In this document: positions 41,921-42,716 of the stretch, in pieces | Layout: every line of letters begins with the position of its first letter | Numbering within the stretch: position 1 is the first letter of the stretch | Assembly: GCA_030619365.1 (NCBI GenBank) | Contig: JAUXBQ010000001.1 | Location: 1-42,716 of the forward strand | From: a candidate division FCPU426 bacterium | Lineage (GTDB): Bacteria > Oederibacteriota > JAAXVQ01 > JAUVAV01 | Direction: 5' to 3' | DNA: 42,716 nt | Made by a program: the position numbers and the translations under genes | Notes under the pieces: model-generated | What the model was told of the DNA's origin: nothing | Seen by the model: the letters and a program-made list of their open reading frames with translations, nothing else | The model's database searches: none

Positions 41921-42716
41921 TTATGATTTTCGGCCAAGGTCGTTCAGCCCCAGCACGTCCGCCATGTGGTAGAACCCGGCCGGCCGGGCCTGGACCCAGG
42001 CCACGGCCCGGGCCGCGCCGCGGGCAAAGGTGTCCCGGGTGTGGGCCTGGTGCCGCAATTCCAACCGCTCGCCTTCGCCGGCGAACAGGACCAGATGATC
42101 CCCGGTAATGTCTCCGGCCCGGATGGCGTGCACGCCGACCTCCCCCGCGGGCCGGGCGCCAAGCATTCCCTGGCGTCCATGTTTGGCGCTGGTCTTGTCA
42201 TTCAGACCCTTGCCCTGGCAAATCGCCTCGAGCAGCGTGAGGGCCGTGCCCGAGGGCGCGTCCTTCTTCTGGTTGTGATGGCTCTCAATGATCTCGGCGT
42301 CATAGGCCTCACCCAGCACTGTTGCGGCCTGGCGCGCCAGGGCCCACAGCAGGTTGATGCCCGTGGAATAATTGGTCGCGTAAACAACACCGATCCGCTC
42401 CGCGGCTTGGCGCAATCCGGCCAGCTGCTGTTCGGAAAGACCCGTGGTGCCGATCACCAGCGCGCATCCGGCTTCAGCCGCCTGGGCAGCCAAAGCCGCG
42501 GTGGCTTCGGGCGTGGTAAAATCGATGACCACCTGGCAGGCCTTAAGGTCCGCCTGGCCCGCTTCACGGATCTGCACGCCCAGGGTCGCCTGCCCGGATA
42601 CCGTGCCCGCATCCTGCCCCACGGCCGGGTTGCCCTTTACGTCCCAGGCCGCGGCCAGGGTCAACTGGGGATGGCTGGCCACTGCCCGGACCAGTGCTTG
42701 TCCCATTGTTCCGGCC
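41921..42716 (-). CDS. dapB: 4-hydroxy-tetrahydrodipicolinate reductase (5' end outside the window)
   Basis: 'ESHHNQKKDAPSGTA' signature. The frame stays open upstream of the listed Met to the window edge (..AGTMGQALVRAV is the GxxGxMG Rossmann motif). The true start therefore lies beyond 42716. Confidence 0.9.
   Translation of the reverse strand, partial: AGTMGQALVRAVASHPQLTLAAAWDVKGNPAVGQDAGTVSGQATLGVQIREAGQADLKACQVVIDFTTPEATAALAAQAAEAGCALVIGTTGLSEQQLAGLRQAAERIGVVYATNYSTGINLLWALARQAATVLGEAYDAEIIESHHNQKKDAPSGTALTLLEAICQGKGLNDKTSAKHGRQGMLGARPAGEVGVHAIRAGDITGDHLVLFAGEGERLELRHQAHTRDTFARGAARAVAWVQARPAGFYHMADVLGLNDLGRKS

Overview
Manual reading only, with no searches or computed statistics. Product calls rest on motifs recognised by eye. 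CDS starts are approximate because the ORF track reports longest ORFs, including TTG and GTG starts.

The window is GC-rich bacterial chromosome from about 5.2 kb to the right edge, with a visibly AT-rich island of about 5.1 kb at the left edge. All convincing genes except two (23015..23368 and 23456..25018) are on the minus strand.

(1) Left island. It carries a Type III restriction-modification operon (mod 3441..5045, res 912..3437). Two uncharacterised co-oriented genes follow, and the ORF track misses both. One is a 92-codon ORF split by an in-frame TAG (617..895). The other is a two-TM protein whose gene runs off the window (1..591).

(2) A tightly packed 15-gene co-directional array (18125 down to 5208): rpoN, hpf, ptsN, hprK, a RapZ C-terminal-domain-only gene, a membrane-anchored yvcK, mannose-family PTS IIA, IIB, IIC and IID, ptsH, ptsI, galU, a WecG/TagA-like transferase and a sigma-54-dependent activator.

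(3) Central accessory-looking block. It holds a metallophosphoesterase, a small ferredoxin, a DUF116-like protein and a CcdA/DsbD-like membrane protein. Next comes a sigma-factor-less partner-switching locus. Its unusual member is a fusion of STAS, an unknown domain, a zinc ribbon and an RsbW-like kinase (21306..22571). This gene is divergent from a stand-alone STAS protein and a HAMP-PP2C phosphatase. I rank this locus as the best candidate for something undescribed.

(4) Housekeeping genes: uvrA, an NDH-2/SQR-like flavoprotein, mnmA, a C45-like/TPR protein, nfo, nadX, nadA, panD, panC, panB, a deoxynucleoside kinase, folK, a DapL-type aminotransferase and dapB (partial).

(5) Intergenic DNA carries several long inverted-repeat elements. 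One is a perfect 32-bp inverted repeat in the mnmA leader. There is also a REP-like CCCTCTCCCT/AGGGAGAGGG hairpin family, and several near-consensus sigma-70 promoters.

I recognised no rRNA, tRNA, CRISPR array, transposase or integrase.
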